Positions 39,829-49,459 of a stretch of DNA of 64,000 nt are shown here, piece by piece; the first letter of the stretch is position 1, and every line of letters begins with the position of its first letter. Source of the stretch: an uncultured cyanobacterium (lineage in GTDB: Bacteria > Cyanobacteriota > Cyanobacteriia > Cyanobacteriales > CAWCAG01). A program made the position numbers and the translations under genes. The stretch spans positions 32,001-96,000 of the forward strand of contig CAWDOD010000008.1 of assembly GCA_963803805.1 (NCBI GenBank), given 5' to 3'. The notes beneath the pieces were generated by a model. That model did no database searches, was not told where the DNA came from, and saw only the letters and a program-made list of their open reading frames with translations.

Positions 39829-41802
39829 GTGGTCAGTTTTTTCAACTCGAAGAACTCTTTATCTACTTGGCTAACTGATAAAGTTAAAAATTCTTGGGGC
39901 AATTTAGCCGAGCTTAAAGTAGTTACCCTTGGTATATTATTGATATCGGGTTCATTGTTAGGTTTGCGCTATCTTGGCTACTCTCAAGCCCTTGAACTCC
40001 TGGCTTTTGACCAGCTAGTCCGTTGGCAAAAAGATTTGCCCCCTGACCCACGTATTTTATTAGTAACCATTGCTGAAGAAGATTTACGGCAGCAAAAAGA
40101 CTGGCCCATTAGTGATTTAAACTATGCTAAGGTTTTGCAGAATTTACAATCTTGGGACGCTAAGGTAATTGGTTTAGATATTTATCGTGATTTACCTGTT
40201 AAAAATGGTCGCCAAGAACTTATTGAGCAACTTAGAGAACCTAATGTTTTTGCTATTCGCAGTATTGACATTTTAAAAGGAACCCCCGCCCCTCCAGAAT
40301 TATCCCCAGAAAAAGTTGGTTTTAATGATATTCCTATAGATCCTGATGGAGTGATACGACGCAACATCATTTTTGCGATTCCTGAAGGAGAAGAATTTTT
40401 AACTTCTTTTGCTCTGTTGCTAGCCTCAGACTATTTGGAAGCTCAAGGTATCAAACAACAAGAAAGTCAAGAGAATCCTGAATATCTTCAATTAGGCAAA
40501 GCAACCTTCGTTCCCCTTAGCCATAATTCCGGTGGTTATCAAAAAGTTGATGCCGGAGGCTATCAAGTTTTGTTTGATTATCGTAGTCGCTATAAAGCTG
40601 CTACAGAAGTCTCTTTTAGTGATGTTTTGTCGGGAGAGATTAACCCAAACTTAGTTAAAGGCAAAATCGTTATTATTGGTAGCACCGCCCCTAGCCTCAA
40701 AGATGCGATGCTTACCCCTTACAGTAGAGGTTTGTTTGCTAATGCCCAAATGCCTGGGGTGACAATTCATGCTCAAGCTGTCAGCCAAATTCTCGATGCA
40801 GCCACAGGAATTCGCCCTTTACGCTGGTTTTGGTCAGAATGGTTAGAAGGACTATGGATTGTTGGTTGGGTGACTTTAGGAGGTGTTGTCGGTTGGCTAC
40901 TACGTCATCCTCTGTCCTTAACTATTAGTGCTGGAGTTGGCTTAGGCATTCTACTATCTACAGCCACTATTATTTTTTTTTATTCTGGCTGGATACCTTT
41001 AGCTTCTCCAGCTATAGGCTTTTTCTTAACTATAGGAGTGGCTGTTACTTACCAATCCTATCAAGATCATCAACAACAGCAGATGGTTATGAAACTTTTG
41101 GGACAAAATACTTCTCCAGAAATTGCCAATGCTTTATGGCAAGGTAGAGATTATCTTTTGAAATCTGGCAAACTACCAGGGAAAAAGCTAACAGCAACAA
41201 TGATGTTCGTTGATATTAAAGGCTTTAGTACTATTTCCGAGAAGATGCCCCCGGAGCATTTATTAAACTGGCTTAATGAAGTGCTTGATGCTATGACCCA
41301 TGAAGTTATCAAACGCCAAGGGGCCATTAATAAGTTTACCGGAGATGGGCTGATGGCAGTTTTTGGTGTCCCTTTGTCTCACTTCCACACTGAAGAAATC
41401 CAAACAGATGCCCAACGCTGTGTGAATTGTGCTTTGGCTATTAGCGATCGCCTAGAAGAAATGAATGCTAATTGGCTAAGGCGAGGTTTGCCAGTCATTC
41501 AAATTCGCATTGGTATTTTTACTGGCCCTGTGGTTGTGGGTAGTTTGGGAGGGAAAGACCGTTTAGAATACGGTGTCATTGGTGATAGTGTTAATATTGC
41601 TGCCCGTTTGGAAGCTTGTGAAAAAGACCGTCAGCCAAGTAATTGTCGTATCTTAATAGCTAAGGAAACTTTAGTTCACCTTCAAGATAAGGTGGAAGTG
41701 GAAGCCTGGGGACTTATAGCTTTGCAGGGTAAAGAACAAATGGTTGATGTTTATCGAGTTACAGATCGTCTTTTACCGAAGAGTAGAAAGTTAAACCTAT
41801 AG
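39829..41802 (+). CDS. CHASE2-domain adenylate/guanylate cyclase
   Basis: CHASE2 (IGLDIYRD, DPDGVIRR, MPGVTIHA), 3 TM, cyclase FVDIKGFST, KFTGDGLMA, GDSVNIAARLE. Confidence 0.94.
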   Translation: MVSFFNSKNSLSTWLTDKVKNSWGNLAELKVVTLGILLISGSLLGLRYLGYSQALELLAFDQLVRWQKDLPPDPRILLVTIAEEDLRQQKDWPISDLNYAKVLQNLQSWDAKVIGLDIYRDLPVKNGRQELIEQLREPNVFAIRSIDILKGTPAPPELSPEKVGFNDIPIDPDGVIRRNIIFAIPEGEEFLTSFALLLASDYLEAQGIKQQESQENPEYLQLGKATFVPLSHNSGGYQKVDAGGYQVLFDYRSRYKAATEVSFSDVLSGEINPNLVKGKIVIIGSTAPSLKDAMLTPYSRGLFANAQMPGVTIHAQAVSQILDAATGIRPLRWFWSEWLEGLWIVGWVTLGGVVGWLLRHPLSLTISAGVGLGILLSTATIIFFYSGWIPLASPAIGFFLTIGVAVTYQSYQDHQQQQMVMKLLGQNTSPEIANALWQGRDYLLKSGKLPGKKLTATMMFVDIKGFSTISEKMPPEHLLNWLNEVLDAMTHEVIKRQGAINKFTGDGLMAVFGVPLSHFHTEEIQTDAQRCVNCALAISDRLEEMNANWLRRGLPVIQIRIGIFTGPVVVGSLGGKDRLEYGVIGDSVNIAARLEACEKDRQPSNCRILIAKETLVHLQDKVEVEAWGLIALQGKEQMVDVYRVTDRLLPKSRKLNL

Positions 41803-42234
41803 CCCCCTTAACCTTGTCCCGACAAATGTATTCACTGACAGCTAAACTTTGAAAGAGTTCTCCATATAAAGTAGCCAAACTATAAGCGATAGTGACCAAT
41901 AAAACAGTAGCCAAGAAACGTCGCTCATTAACACGAGTCTTTTCAAGGTTATAGCCACCAGTTTTACAATCTTTGAACATAGTTTCTATCACCCAACGAG
42001 ATTTGTAGAATGACAGTGCTAATCGAGGATTATCTAAACTAGTCAAAATATACCAGGGGTTTTTGGGTCCTTACCATCTTGAAGTTGATTAAAAGGAGAG
42101 GCTATGGATTCAGGAACTTTGACAACTTTTCTCTGAGGAGCATTTTGGCTTGGCATTTCAACTGCTAATATTGATAAGCTCACATCTCGATTTCTTTCTC
42201 TATCTACTTTTCATACCCCTGGTCACCCCTTGAG
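41803..42234 (-). mobile_element. Internally deleted IS4-family element relic
   Basis: Fragment PWYILTSL...YKSRWVIETMFKDCKTGGYNLE (Y-R-W-x-I-E-x6-K signature); probable outer end CTCAAGGGGTGAC at 42234. Confidence 0.8.
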
Positions 42235-42242
42235 CATTTGCA

Positions 42243-42280
42243 CAAAGGGTTGGCAGTTCAACTAGACTGCTAACCCTTTG
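42243..42280 (-). terminator. Hairpin terminator downstream of the PEP-CTERM gene
   Basis: CAAAGGGTTGGCAGT-8nt-ACTGCTAACCCTTTG. Confidence 0.7.
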
Positions 42281-42301
42281 AGATAAAGAAGAATATAGGA
42301 C

Positions 42302-43591
42302 TTAGTGAGCTTTACGACGGCGAGAAGCGAAGAAGCCGCCCATAGCTAAGAAAAGACCAGCGAGGGTGCTGGGTTCAGGAATTTCAGTACTTTCAGCAGT
42401 AGTGATATCAGTAGGACCTTCAGCAGTAGTTGGCTCAGTAGGACCTTCAGCAGTAGTTGGCTCAGTAGGACCTTCAGCAGTAGTTGGCTCAGTAGGACCT
42501 TCAGCAGTAGTTGGCTCAGTAGGTCCTTCAGCAGTAGTTGGCTCAGTAGGACCTTCAGCAGTAGTTGGCTCAGTAGGGCCTTCAGCAGTAGTTGGCTCAG
42601 TAGGACCTTCAGCAGTAGTTGGCTCAGTAGGACCTTCAGCAGTAGTTGGCTCAGTAGGGCCTTCAGCAGTAGTTGGCTCAGTAGGGCCTTCAGCAGTAGT
42701 TGGCTCAGTAGCAGTCTCGCTAGCAGGCAGACTACCAGTAAACACAGGTAAGTGTACTTCACCACGTTGGTCAAAAGACTTAACCACCACACTACCTTCT
42801 AACTCAGTCTGATTTGTCAAATGAGCCAAAGGTGCTAATAGAGAACCATGTAAAGCATTGTTGAAAGTCAATGTTTCCGCTTCATAGAAGTTCCACAACA
42901 CCTTTTGCTGAATGGAGTCTCCGGTTAACCCCCCCACAATGTTACCTTGAGTCCAGTTCGCAAAAGTACCGCTAACGTTAATAATTGCTGTTCCTGAACC
43001 ATTCAGGTTTAGTTCAATTTGTTGGGTCTTATCACTGAACAGTTGGGAAGCATCTATATTAAATATAGCAATGTCATCTCCAGAACCATTAAATTTAACA
43101 GCACCAGGTTGAGTCCCAGGAACAATCACACTACTATTGCTCGCTAAACCAGAAAGTTGGGTAGAAGTGCCTGTAAGGAAATTTTTCAGTTGGCTAAACT
43201 CACTAGCCAGGTCACTATTTTGAGTTTTGCTACCACCGCCATTCATGTTGACAGTAGAGTTGAGAAGACCACCGTACTCTAAATCAGTACCATTATTAAT
43301 CTGCTTGGGGTTGCCTTCTATGTTACCGACAACCTTTAAACCAACGCCATCAGAAGGCTCGAAGCTACCACCGGCAGAGCAGTGAATACAGTAATTAGAA
43401 GAGCTTCCCAACAGGTTGCCACCGATAAAAGCATTACCTTCGACTTCGGAGTTACTAATTAAATCCTCAAATACCACTAAGTTGTAATCACCGAGAGTAA
43501 AAGCTGAAGCAATGGTGGGGAAAGCGACTGTCCAAGATGTAGCTATAGCAGAAAGAGCGATTGTAGCGACTGGCTTAAAAATTAAGTTCAT
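42302..43591 (-). CDS. PEP-CTERM surface protein with choice-of-anchor A-like domain and Thr/Glu/Pro repeat stalk
   Basis: Signal peptide; YNLVVFEDL..SEVEG..FIGG, VLWNFYEA, GSLLAP, GEVH; IPEPST-TM-RRRK sorting signal. Confidence 0.9.
   Translation of the reverse strand: MNLIFKPVATIALSAIATSWTVAFPTIASAFTLGDYNLVVFEDLISNSEVEGNAFIGGNLLGSSSNYCIHCSAGGSFEPSDGVGLKVVGNIEGNPKQINNGTDLEYGGLLNSTVNMNGGGSKTQNSDLASEFSQLKNFLTGTSTQLSGLASNSSVIVPGTQPGAVKFNGSGDDIAIFNIDASQLFSDKTQQIELNLNGSGTAIINVSGTFANWTQGNIVGGLTGDSIQQKVLWNFYEAETLTFNNALHGSLLAPLAHLTNQTELEGSVVVKSFDQRGEVHLPVFTGSLPASETATEPTTAEGPTEPTTAEGPTEPTTAEGPTEPTTAEGPTEPTTAEGPTEPTTAEGPTEPTTAEGPTEPTTAEGPTEPTTAEGPTEPTTAEGPTEPTTAEGPTDITTAESTEIPEPSTLAGLFLAMGGFFASRRRKAH
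42387..42710 (-). repeat. 27-bp coding VNTR (TEPTTAEGP x11 plus one degenerate copy)
   Basis: Unit TCAGTAGGACCTTCAGCAGTAGTTGGC, varying only at one synonymous position. Confidence 0.95.
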
Positions 43592-43753
43592 AGTAGATTA
43601 CCGGAGAATTTGTTTGTCTGATTACTTATCAGTATCAGAGGCTCCTGTCTGACTTTGGGTATATGCACTGTATTAGTTGGTGTATGAATTGTAAAGTTAG
43701 TAATAAGAGTCTTACAAGTTATGATGAATCTAACTAAAATTCTCTTTCTTTAA

Positions 43754-45049
43754 GAGAAGACAACAAAAAAGATGATCCAATAATCAAGTAGGTTTACCGA
43801 TGATATCGACAAACCACTTGGGCAAAAGGGAAAATCTCTGAACTTGTTTCTCTAACTTGGCCATAGCCCTCTGAGTTAATTTAACTCCAGTGTGATAAAC
43901 TTTCTCCACGAGCCGAACGACAGGTTGCTGACCTCGAAAAGTCAAGTTTTCAGCAAAGCGTAGCACCGTTTCAACACTGTCAAGTAAGCTACCATTCCAA
44001 TGTTGTTCTAACCAGCCAAAGGTACGCTCGACGGGATTATATTTGCTGTGATAGGGAGGATAGTAAGCCAAGCTAATGTGGAGTTGAGAGTGACAAGCAA
44101 ACCCCACAATTCGATGGAGAAACTGAGTACGACGGGAATGATTTTCTGGGCCATTGTCCTGGTTTAGTACCAATTTATCGATATCTCGAAAGCGGTCTTT
44201 AACCGTTGACCACCACAACTCCAGCAAATCCACAATACAATCTGCCGTCAGTTTGGAGCTGACAAAGAACAAGTACAACTCCTGGTATTGAGGCAGAAAA
44301 ATACCGTAGGGAGTTATGGTTGTAGTGGGAGTAAAGTCATGGTCTAGAGCTATTGTCCCAACTCTGGTTTTACCTCCGCGATCAAATTCCCCAATCTTGA
44401 TTACTGCTTTGGCATCCATAGAAATGCGTAGGGTCTTAGGGTCTGCATCTGCTTGTTGATTGACTTGGTTGAGATGCTTAAAAATCTCTTCGGTTTCTGG
44501 TATCCGCTTTTTGGGTTTTGCTTTCTGTACTCGTTTTAAGCTATACCCCATTTCGTTTAAGCGACGGCGTATCGTCTCCACACTCGGTAATTCTTCTTCG
44601 GTATAGCCTTTGTGTTTGATTAACTGACGACGTACCTGTGCTGCACTCATCCTAGTGTATAAGCGAGTACTCTGGAAACTTGGGTCTGTTTGTGTTTGTG
44701 AGTCTACCAAGCCTCGTATATCTTCTCCCAATTGCGGCAGTTTCTTTTCTACTCGCTTACGTCCACTACGTTCATAACCATCCTTGATTTCTTCCCCACT
44801 AGTTAATTCCTTTATTCCTTTACGGATTGTTCGTCGATTCCACTTCAATTCTCTTTCTGCTAAACTTTGTCCCCCTACACCTAATTCTTTCACTACTGCT
44901 GCCATAAACTGCCGTCTGGCACTACCTTTGAGTTGTTTGGCTGTTTTTATATAAAGAACTTTTATACTTTCGCTTAGTTTCTTCATCCACTTTTTTTACT
45001 CTCACAATTCTCCTAATTTAAACTGGATCATTCTTTTTGTGGCTCTCTC
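43754..45049 (-). mobile_element. ISAzo13-family insertion sequence, apparently complete (1296 bp)
   Basis: 26-bp imperfect terminal IRs (GAGAAGACAACAAAAAAGATGATCCA / GAGAGAGCCACAAAAAGAATGATCCA, 20/26) flanked by TAA direct repeats. Confidence 0.9.
43784..44986 (-). CDS. ISAzo13-family DDE transposase
   Basis: ISMDAK, DHDF, DNGPEN, YYPPYHSKYNPVER, HWNG motifs; uninterrupted 400 aa. Confidence 0.93.
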   Translation of the reverse strand: MKKLSESIKVLYIKTAKQLKGSARRQFMAAVVKELGVGGQSLAERELKWNRRTIRKGIKELTSGEEIKDGYERSGRKRVEKKLPQLGEDIRGLVDSQTQTDPSFQSTRLYTRMSAAQVRRQLIKHKGYTEEELPSVETIRRRLNEMGYSLKRVQKAKPKKRIPETEEIFKHLNQVNQQADADPKTLRISMDAKAVIKIGEFDRGGKTRVGTIALDHDFTPTTTITPYGIFLPQYQELYLFFVSSKLTADCIVDLLELWWSTVKDRFRDIDKLVLNQDNGPENHSRRTQFLHRIVGFACHSQLHISLAYYPPYHSKYNPVERTFGWLEQHWNGSLLDSVETVLRFAENLTFRGQQPVVRLVEKVYHTGVKLTQRAMAKLEKQVQRFSLLPKWFVDIIGKPT

Positions 45050-45185
45050 TAAGGTGAGTAGGGCTAAGGTTCGAGAGTAAGTTAAAAGTATCTATTTTGC
45101 CCCTTTTCCCTTTACCTCTTTCTTATTCCCTATTACTCATAATTAGACTAGGATCAAAAATAGAGTTATTAAAAAGAGGTGAACT

Positions 45186-45425
45186 ATGGCCACAATGGCG
45201 CTTACTACAGATAACGTAGAACAAGTACTTGATGAAATGCGACCCTATTTAATGGCAGATGGCGGTAACGTGGACTTGGTAGAAATAGACGGTCCCGTCG
45301 TTAAATTAAAATTACAAGGGGCTTGTGGTTCTTGCCCTAGTTCCGCTATGACCTTAAGAATGGGTATTGAACGTCGTCTTCGTGAATATATCCCTGAAAT
45401 TGCTGAAGTTGAACAGGTTCTTTAG
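45186..45425 (+). CDS. NifU/NfuA family Fe-S cluster scaffold
   Basis: [22 protein letters not shown]. Confidence 0.95.
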   Translation: MATMALTTDNVEQVLDEMRPYLMADGGNVDLVEIDGPVVKLKLQGACGSCPSSAMTLRMGIERRLREYIPEIAEVEQVL

Positions 45426-45448
45426 TTACTTCTCCTACCTTTGTCTAA

Positions 45449-45517
45449 CCCTCTCCTGGCAGGAGAGGGAACAATTCTCCCCTGCTTCTCCCTTGACAGG
45501 GGAGATTTAAGAGGGGT
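45449..45517. repeat. Pair of small dispersed palindromic repeats
   Basis: CCCTCTCCT-ggc-AGGAGAGGG followed by TCTCCCTTGACAGGGGAGA hairpin. Confidence 0.65.
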
Positions 45518-45665
45518 CTGGAGATGGGAAAGTTTTGTCTTAGTTCAGAACTTGCAAAAACCCTATTTCCCTTTTCTTATTAGAAAGCTCTGCAAAATCC
45601 TAATTTTTAATTTACTATACGCGAGAAGGCTTACGCCAATAATTTTTAATTTTTAATTCCCAACC

Positions 45666-47912
45666 ATGTCCCACCCTCTCCATGTTGCTTTTATCTGGCA
45701 TCAACACCAACCTTTGTACAAATCTCGCAACGCCACCAACGATAACTTAGGGGCCTATCGCTTACCTTGGGTTCGTCTCCATGGGACAAAGGATTATTTA
45801 GATTTAGTCCTGATTTTGGAACGCTATCCTCAACTACACCAAACGGTTAACTTGGTTCCTTCTTTGATCTTGCAGCTAGAAGACTATATTTCTAACCAAG
45901 CCATGGACCCTTACTTAGCCTTAGCTTTAACCCAAGAAGAGAAATTAGACCAAAATCAGCGCCAATTTATTATCCAACACTTCTTTGATGCCAACCATCA
46001 TACCCTCATTGATCCCCATCCCCGCTACGCCGAATTGTATTATCAACGTCAGGACAATGGTTATGATTGGTGTTTGCAAAATTGGACAGCTAAAGAATAT
46101 GGCGACTTACTCGCTTGGCATAACTTAGCTTGGATTGACCCCATCTTTTGGGATGATCCCGAAATTGCCACCTGGTTGGAACAGGGCAAAGATTTTAGTT
46201 TAAGCGATCGCCAACGCATCTATACCAAGCAAAAGCAGATCCTCAGTCGCATCATTCCGCAACATAAAAAGATGCAAGAAACAGGGCAATTAGAAGTTAC
46301 TACAACTCCCTATACCCATCCCATTTTACCCCTGTTAGCCGACACCGACTCCGGGCGAGTCGCAGTCCCTAACATGGCCTTGCCCCAAAAGAGATTTCAG
46401 TGGCAAGAAGATATTCCCCGACACCTACAAAAAGCTTGGGATCTTTATAAAGATAGATTTGGTAGGGAACCCAGAGGATTATGGCCTTCGGAACAATCCG
46501 TTAGCCCCGCTACCTTACCCTACATTGCCCAACAAGGTTTCAAATGGATTTGTTCTGATGAAGCAGTCTTGGGTTGGAGCATCAAGCACTTTTTCCACCG
46601 GGATGAAGTAGGCAACGTTTGGGAACCAGAATTATTATATCGCCCCTATCGCCTAGAAACACCCCAAGGTGAGTTGGCCATTGTCTTCCGAGATCACCGC
46701 CTTTCTGATTTAATTGGCTTCACCTACGGCTCAATGGAACCCAACCATGCAGCAGCAGATTTAGTTGGACATTTAGAAGCGATCGCCCGTACCCTCAAAC
46801 AACACCAAAATGACCAGAATAATGGCTTAGAAAAGCCTTGGTTAGTTACCATCGCTTTAGATGGGGAAAATTGTTGGGAATATTATCAAAAAGACGGCTT
46901 ACTCTTCCTCGAAGCCCTCTATAAAAAACTCAGCCAAGAAACAGATATTAAACTAGTAACAGTAGGAGAGTTTATTGATCAATTTCCTCCCACAGAAACC
47001 ATCCCCGCAGCACAACTTCACAGTGGTTCTTGGGTAGATGGTAGCTTCACAACCTGGATTGGTGATCCTGCCAAAAACCGGGCTTGGGACTTACTAACAG
47101 AAGCAAGGCAAATGTTAGCTAATCATCCTGAAGCAACGGAAGAAAACAACCCTGAAGCCTGGGAAGCCTTATATGCTGCCGAAGGATCTGATTGGTTTTG
47201 GTGGTTTGGCGAAGGACATTCTTCCAACCAAGATGCTATGTTTGACCAACTATTTCGGGAACACTTAGCAGGTATTTACCAAGCCTTAAATGAACCCATA
47301 CCTCCCCATGTCTACCATCAAGTAGAATCTCATCAAGTGAAAGAAAATCAATTACCAAGAAGTTTCATCAGCCCTACCATAGATGGCTTAGGGGACGAAC
47401 AAGATTGGGACAGTGCTGGACGGATTGAAGTTGGGGGTGCAAGGGGAACCATGCACCGTAGCAGTACTGTACAGCGTCTTTTTTATGGGTTAGATCACAT
47501 CAACTTTTACCTGCGTTTGGATTTCCAAGCCGGAGTTCAACCCGGTCAAGATATTCCCCCAGAAGTACATCTGTTATGGTTCTATGCTGGAAAAACCATG
47601 TTCAATTCCCCTGCACCCATTATAAACTTGCCGGATGTAGCCCCTCTAAATTACCTCTTCCATCACCACTTAGGCATCAACCTCATCACCCAATCAAATT
47701 GGTTTGAAGAAGCAAACGAACAGTATCAGTGGCAAACTAGATCTGGCCGCGCTTCTGTTGCTTTTAATAAATGCTTAGAATTAGCAGTACCCTGGGCTGA
47801 TCTCCACATTCAACCAGACTATCCTGTAAGATTAATGGTGATTTTAGCTGATCACAGCAAGTTTAAAAGCCACGTACCAGAAGGGGATTTAATTGCTTTA
47901 ACTTGCCCCTGA
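45666..47912 (+). CDS. Glycoside hydrolase family 57 protein
   Basis: WHQHQP, GLWPSEQ, ALDGEN, AEGSDWFWW conserved regions. Confidence 0.94.
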   Translation: MSHPLHVAFIWHQHQPLYKSRNATNDNLGAYRLPWVRLHGTKDYLDLVLILERYPQLHQTVNLVPSLILQLEDYISNQAMDPYLALALTQEEKLDQNQRQFIIQHFFDANHHTLIDPHPRYAELYYQRQDNGYDWCLQNWTAKEYGDLLAWHNLAWIDPIFWDDPEIATWLEQGKDFSLSDRQRIYTKQKQILSRIIPQHKKMQETGQLEVTTTPYTHPILPLLADTDSGRVAVPNMALPQKRFQWQEDIPRHLQKAWDLYKDRFGREPRGLWPSEQSVSPATLPYIAQQGFKWICSDEAVLGWSIKHFFHRDEVGNVWEPELLYRPYRLETPQGELAIVFRDHRLSDLIGFTYGSMEPNHAAADLVGHLEAIARTLKQHQNDQNNGLEKPWLVTIALDGENCWEYYQKDGLLFLEALYKKLSQETDIKLVTVGEFIDQFPPTETIPAAQLHSGSWVDGSFTTWIGDPAKNRAWDLLTEARQMLANHPEATEENNPEAWEALYAAEGSDWFWWFGEGHSSNQDAMFDQLFREHLAGIYQALNEPIPPHVYHQVESHQVKENQLPRSFISPTIDGLGDEQDWDSAGRIEVGGARGTMHRSSTVQRLFYGLDHINFYLRLDFQAGVQPGQDIPPEVHLLWFYAGKTMFNSPAPIINLPDVAPLNYLFHHHLGINLITQSNWFEEANEQYQWQTRSGRASVAFNKCLELAVPWADLHIQPDYPVRLMVILADHSKFKSHVPEGDLIALTCP

Positions 47913-47975
47913 TTCAATGGTCAATGAGCAATGATGCCTAATGGCAACAGCAAGCCGAACAGTTATCAAGTTATC

Positions 47976-48033
47976 GGGGCGACCTGTTTTCCCAGTATGA
48001 TTAATAAACTAGGGTTTAAATTGAGGGTCGCCC
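47976..48033 (+). repeat. Second copy of the GGGGCGACC...GGTCGCCC REP-like palindrome
   Basis: Shares loop TTTTCCCAGTATGATTAATAAACTA..GTTTAAATT with 1151-1210. Confidence 0.8.
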
Positions 48034-48267
48034 ATCAATCCGTAAACCAGAACAACTTTTTCCTGAAGATAGTCATCAGGGGCTGGGTATAAAAAGAAAA
48101 TAGTCGTTTTCAGCGTCGGGATGTAAGTAAAGTTTTCCAACTTATACAAGCCCATTCATCAGGTTTTTTTCTTCAATTGAGCTAAATTATAACTCTGGGG
48201 AGAACAACTTCTACTCAAAAAGAGCGAACAATAATTATAATATATTCTCCTAGAATAAAAGTAGCTA

Positions 48268-48978
48268 ATGACAAGGTCTAACTGGCTTAGCCAAAGTAAT
48301 AATAATCGAGCTAAACAGTCTCTTTATTATACAAATAAAGCTCCCTCAATCCAGAGAAAAAACAAGGCCCATGGTGGAAGCAAGCTAATCTTTTTAACCT
48401 TCTTTGGGTTACTCATTCTTTTATTTCATGTTGCTAGTCATAAAAAAGCTTTTTTATTAAAACAAGCTGGTTATATTCCACCTTTAGCTATGACAGGAGG
48501 AAACCCTTATATCCGCGCTTTAATGCGGACAATTTCTGTTAGTGAAGCGAAAGATTTTAGCCCCTACACTCTTCTATATGGCGGTGAGCATATCACAGAT
48601 TTAAGCCGCCATCCTAACCAATGTATTACTATTGTCAATGGTCCTAATGAAGGTAACTGTAGTACAGCCGCAGGAAGATACCAGATTTTAACCACAACTT
48701 GGCAAGAAAAAGTGAATAAATATAGCGGAGGAGATACGCAAATTTATAGTTTTCAACCATCATCTCAAGACCAAGTAGTTTATGCTTGGTTAAATGACAA
48801 ACAAGCTTGGGGAGAGGATATTTCTACCTTGCTTCAAGAAGGAAAAGTTGAGGAGGTTTTAAGACTTCTTTCTGGAACTTGGACAAGTTTAGGCTATGGC
48901 ATAGAAACCAACCAACTCACCCCTTTATTACCAGAAGTATATGAAGAGGTTTTAGCAGAAGAGTTGGGAAGAAAGTAA
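48268..48978 (+). CDS. Membrane-anchored lambda-lysozyme-like muramidase (GH24/GH104-like)
   Basis: RALMRTISVSEA, STAAGRYQIL..TW, WTSL. Confidence 0.85.
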   Translation: MTRSNWLSQSNNNRAKQSLYYTNKAPSIQRKNKAHGGSKLIFLTFFGLLILLFHVASHKKAFLLKQAGYIPPLAMTGGNPYIRALMRTISVSEAKDFSPYTLLYGGEHITDLSRHPNQCITIVNGPNEGNCSTAAGRYQILTTTWQEKVNKYSGGDTQIYSFQPSSQDQVVYAWLNDKQAWGEDISTLLQEGKVEEVLRLLSGTWTSLGYGIETNQLTPLLPEVYEEVLAEELGRK

Positions 48979-49156
48979 TAGGTAATGGGTAACAGAACTC
49001 ATTTCTTTTGGTGTCATACTTGATTGGATTTTCTATTATCTACTTGCTGTTAAAAGCAATTATTTATTATTAAATAAGTCGTTGAGCCAGTCTATAAAAA
49101 TACTTGCGATCGCATCCCTTTCTACTGTGAATCCCTTAATGATAAATTATTGGCTC

Positions 49157-49365
49157 GTAGGGTGTGTTAGGCGGTCATCATTACCTGGGAACCAAAAAGT
49201 TTTTATCCGCCGTAACGCACCAGTTATTTTCTGAATAAATACAAGTTAATTAACCAGATTTTTCTATTATAAACTCACTTCTTTAGTTCATTTGTGGTGC
49301 GTTACGTGCTGAAGTAAATTTGACTCATTTATCAACAATCGTACCGCAGCACTAACACACCCTAC
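49157..49365 (-). mobile_element. Second 209-bp REPIN/MITE-like element, opposite orientation
   Basis: Same termini and inner IRs as 29437-29645; alignable but diverged loops. Confidence 0.8.
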
Positions 49366-49459
49366 CATCTGTTTGAAAAATAGCGAATCGCACTATCATG
49401 GCAAGGGACAAAAAGGCAAGGCTTTAGATCATTTATTTCTAGCAATTAGCTATTAGCAA

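Noticed and set aside
42346..42812. 148-aa repeat ORFs in other frames of the PEP-CTERM gene
   Set aside because: The stop-free 27-bp repeat is open in several frames; only one frame has a signal peptide and sorting motif.
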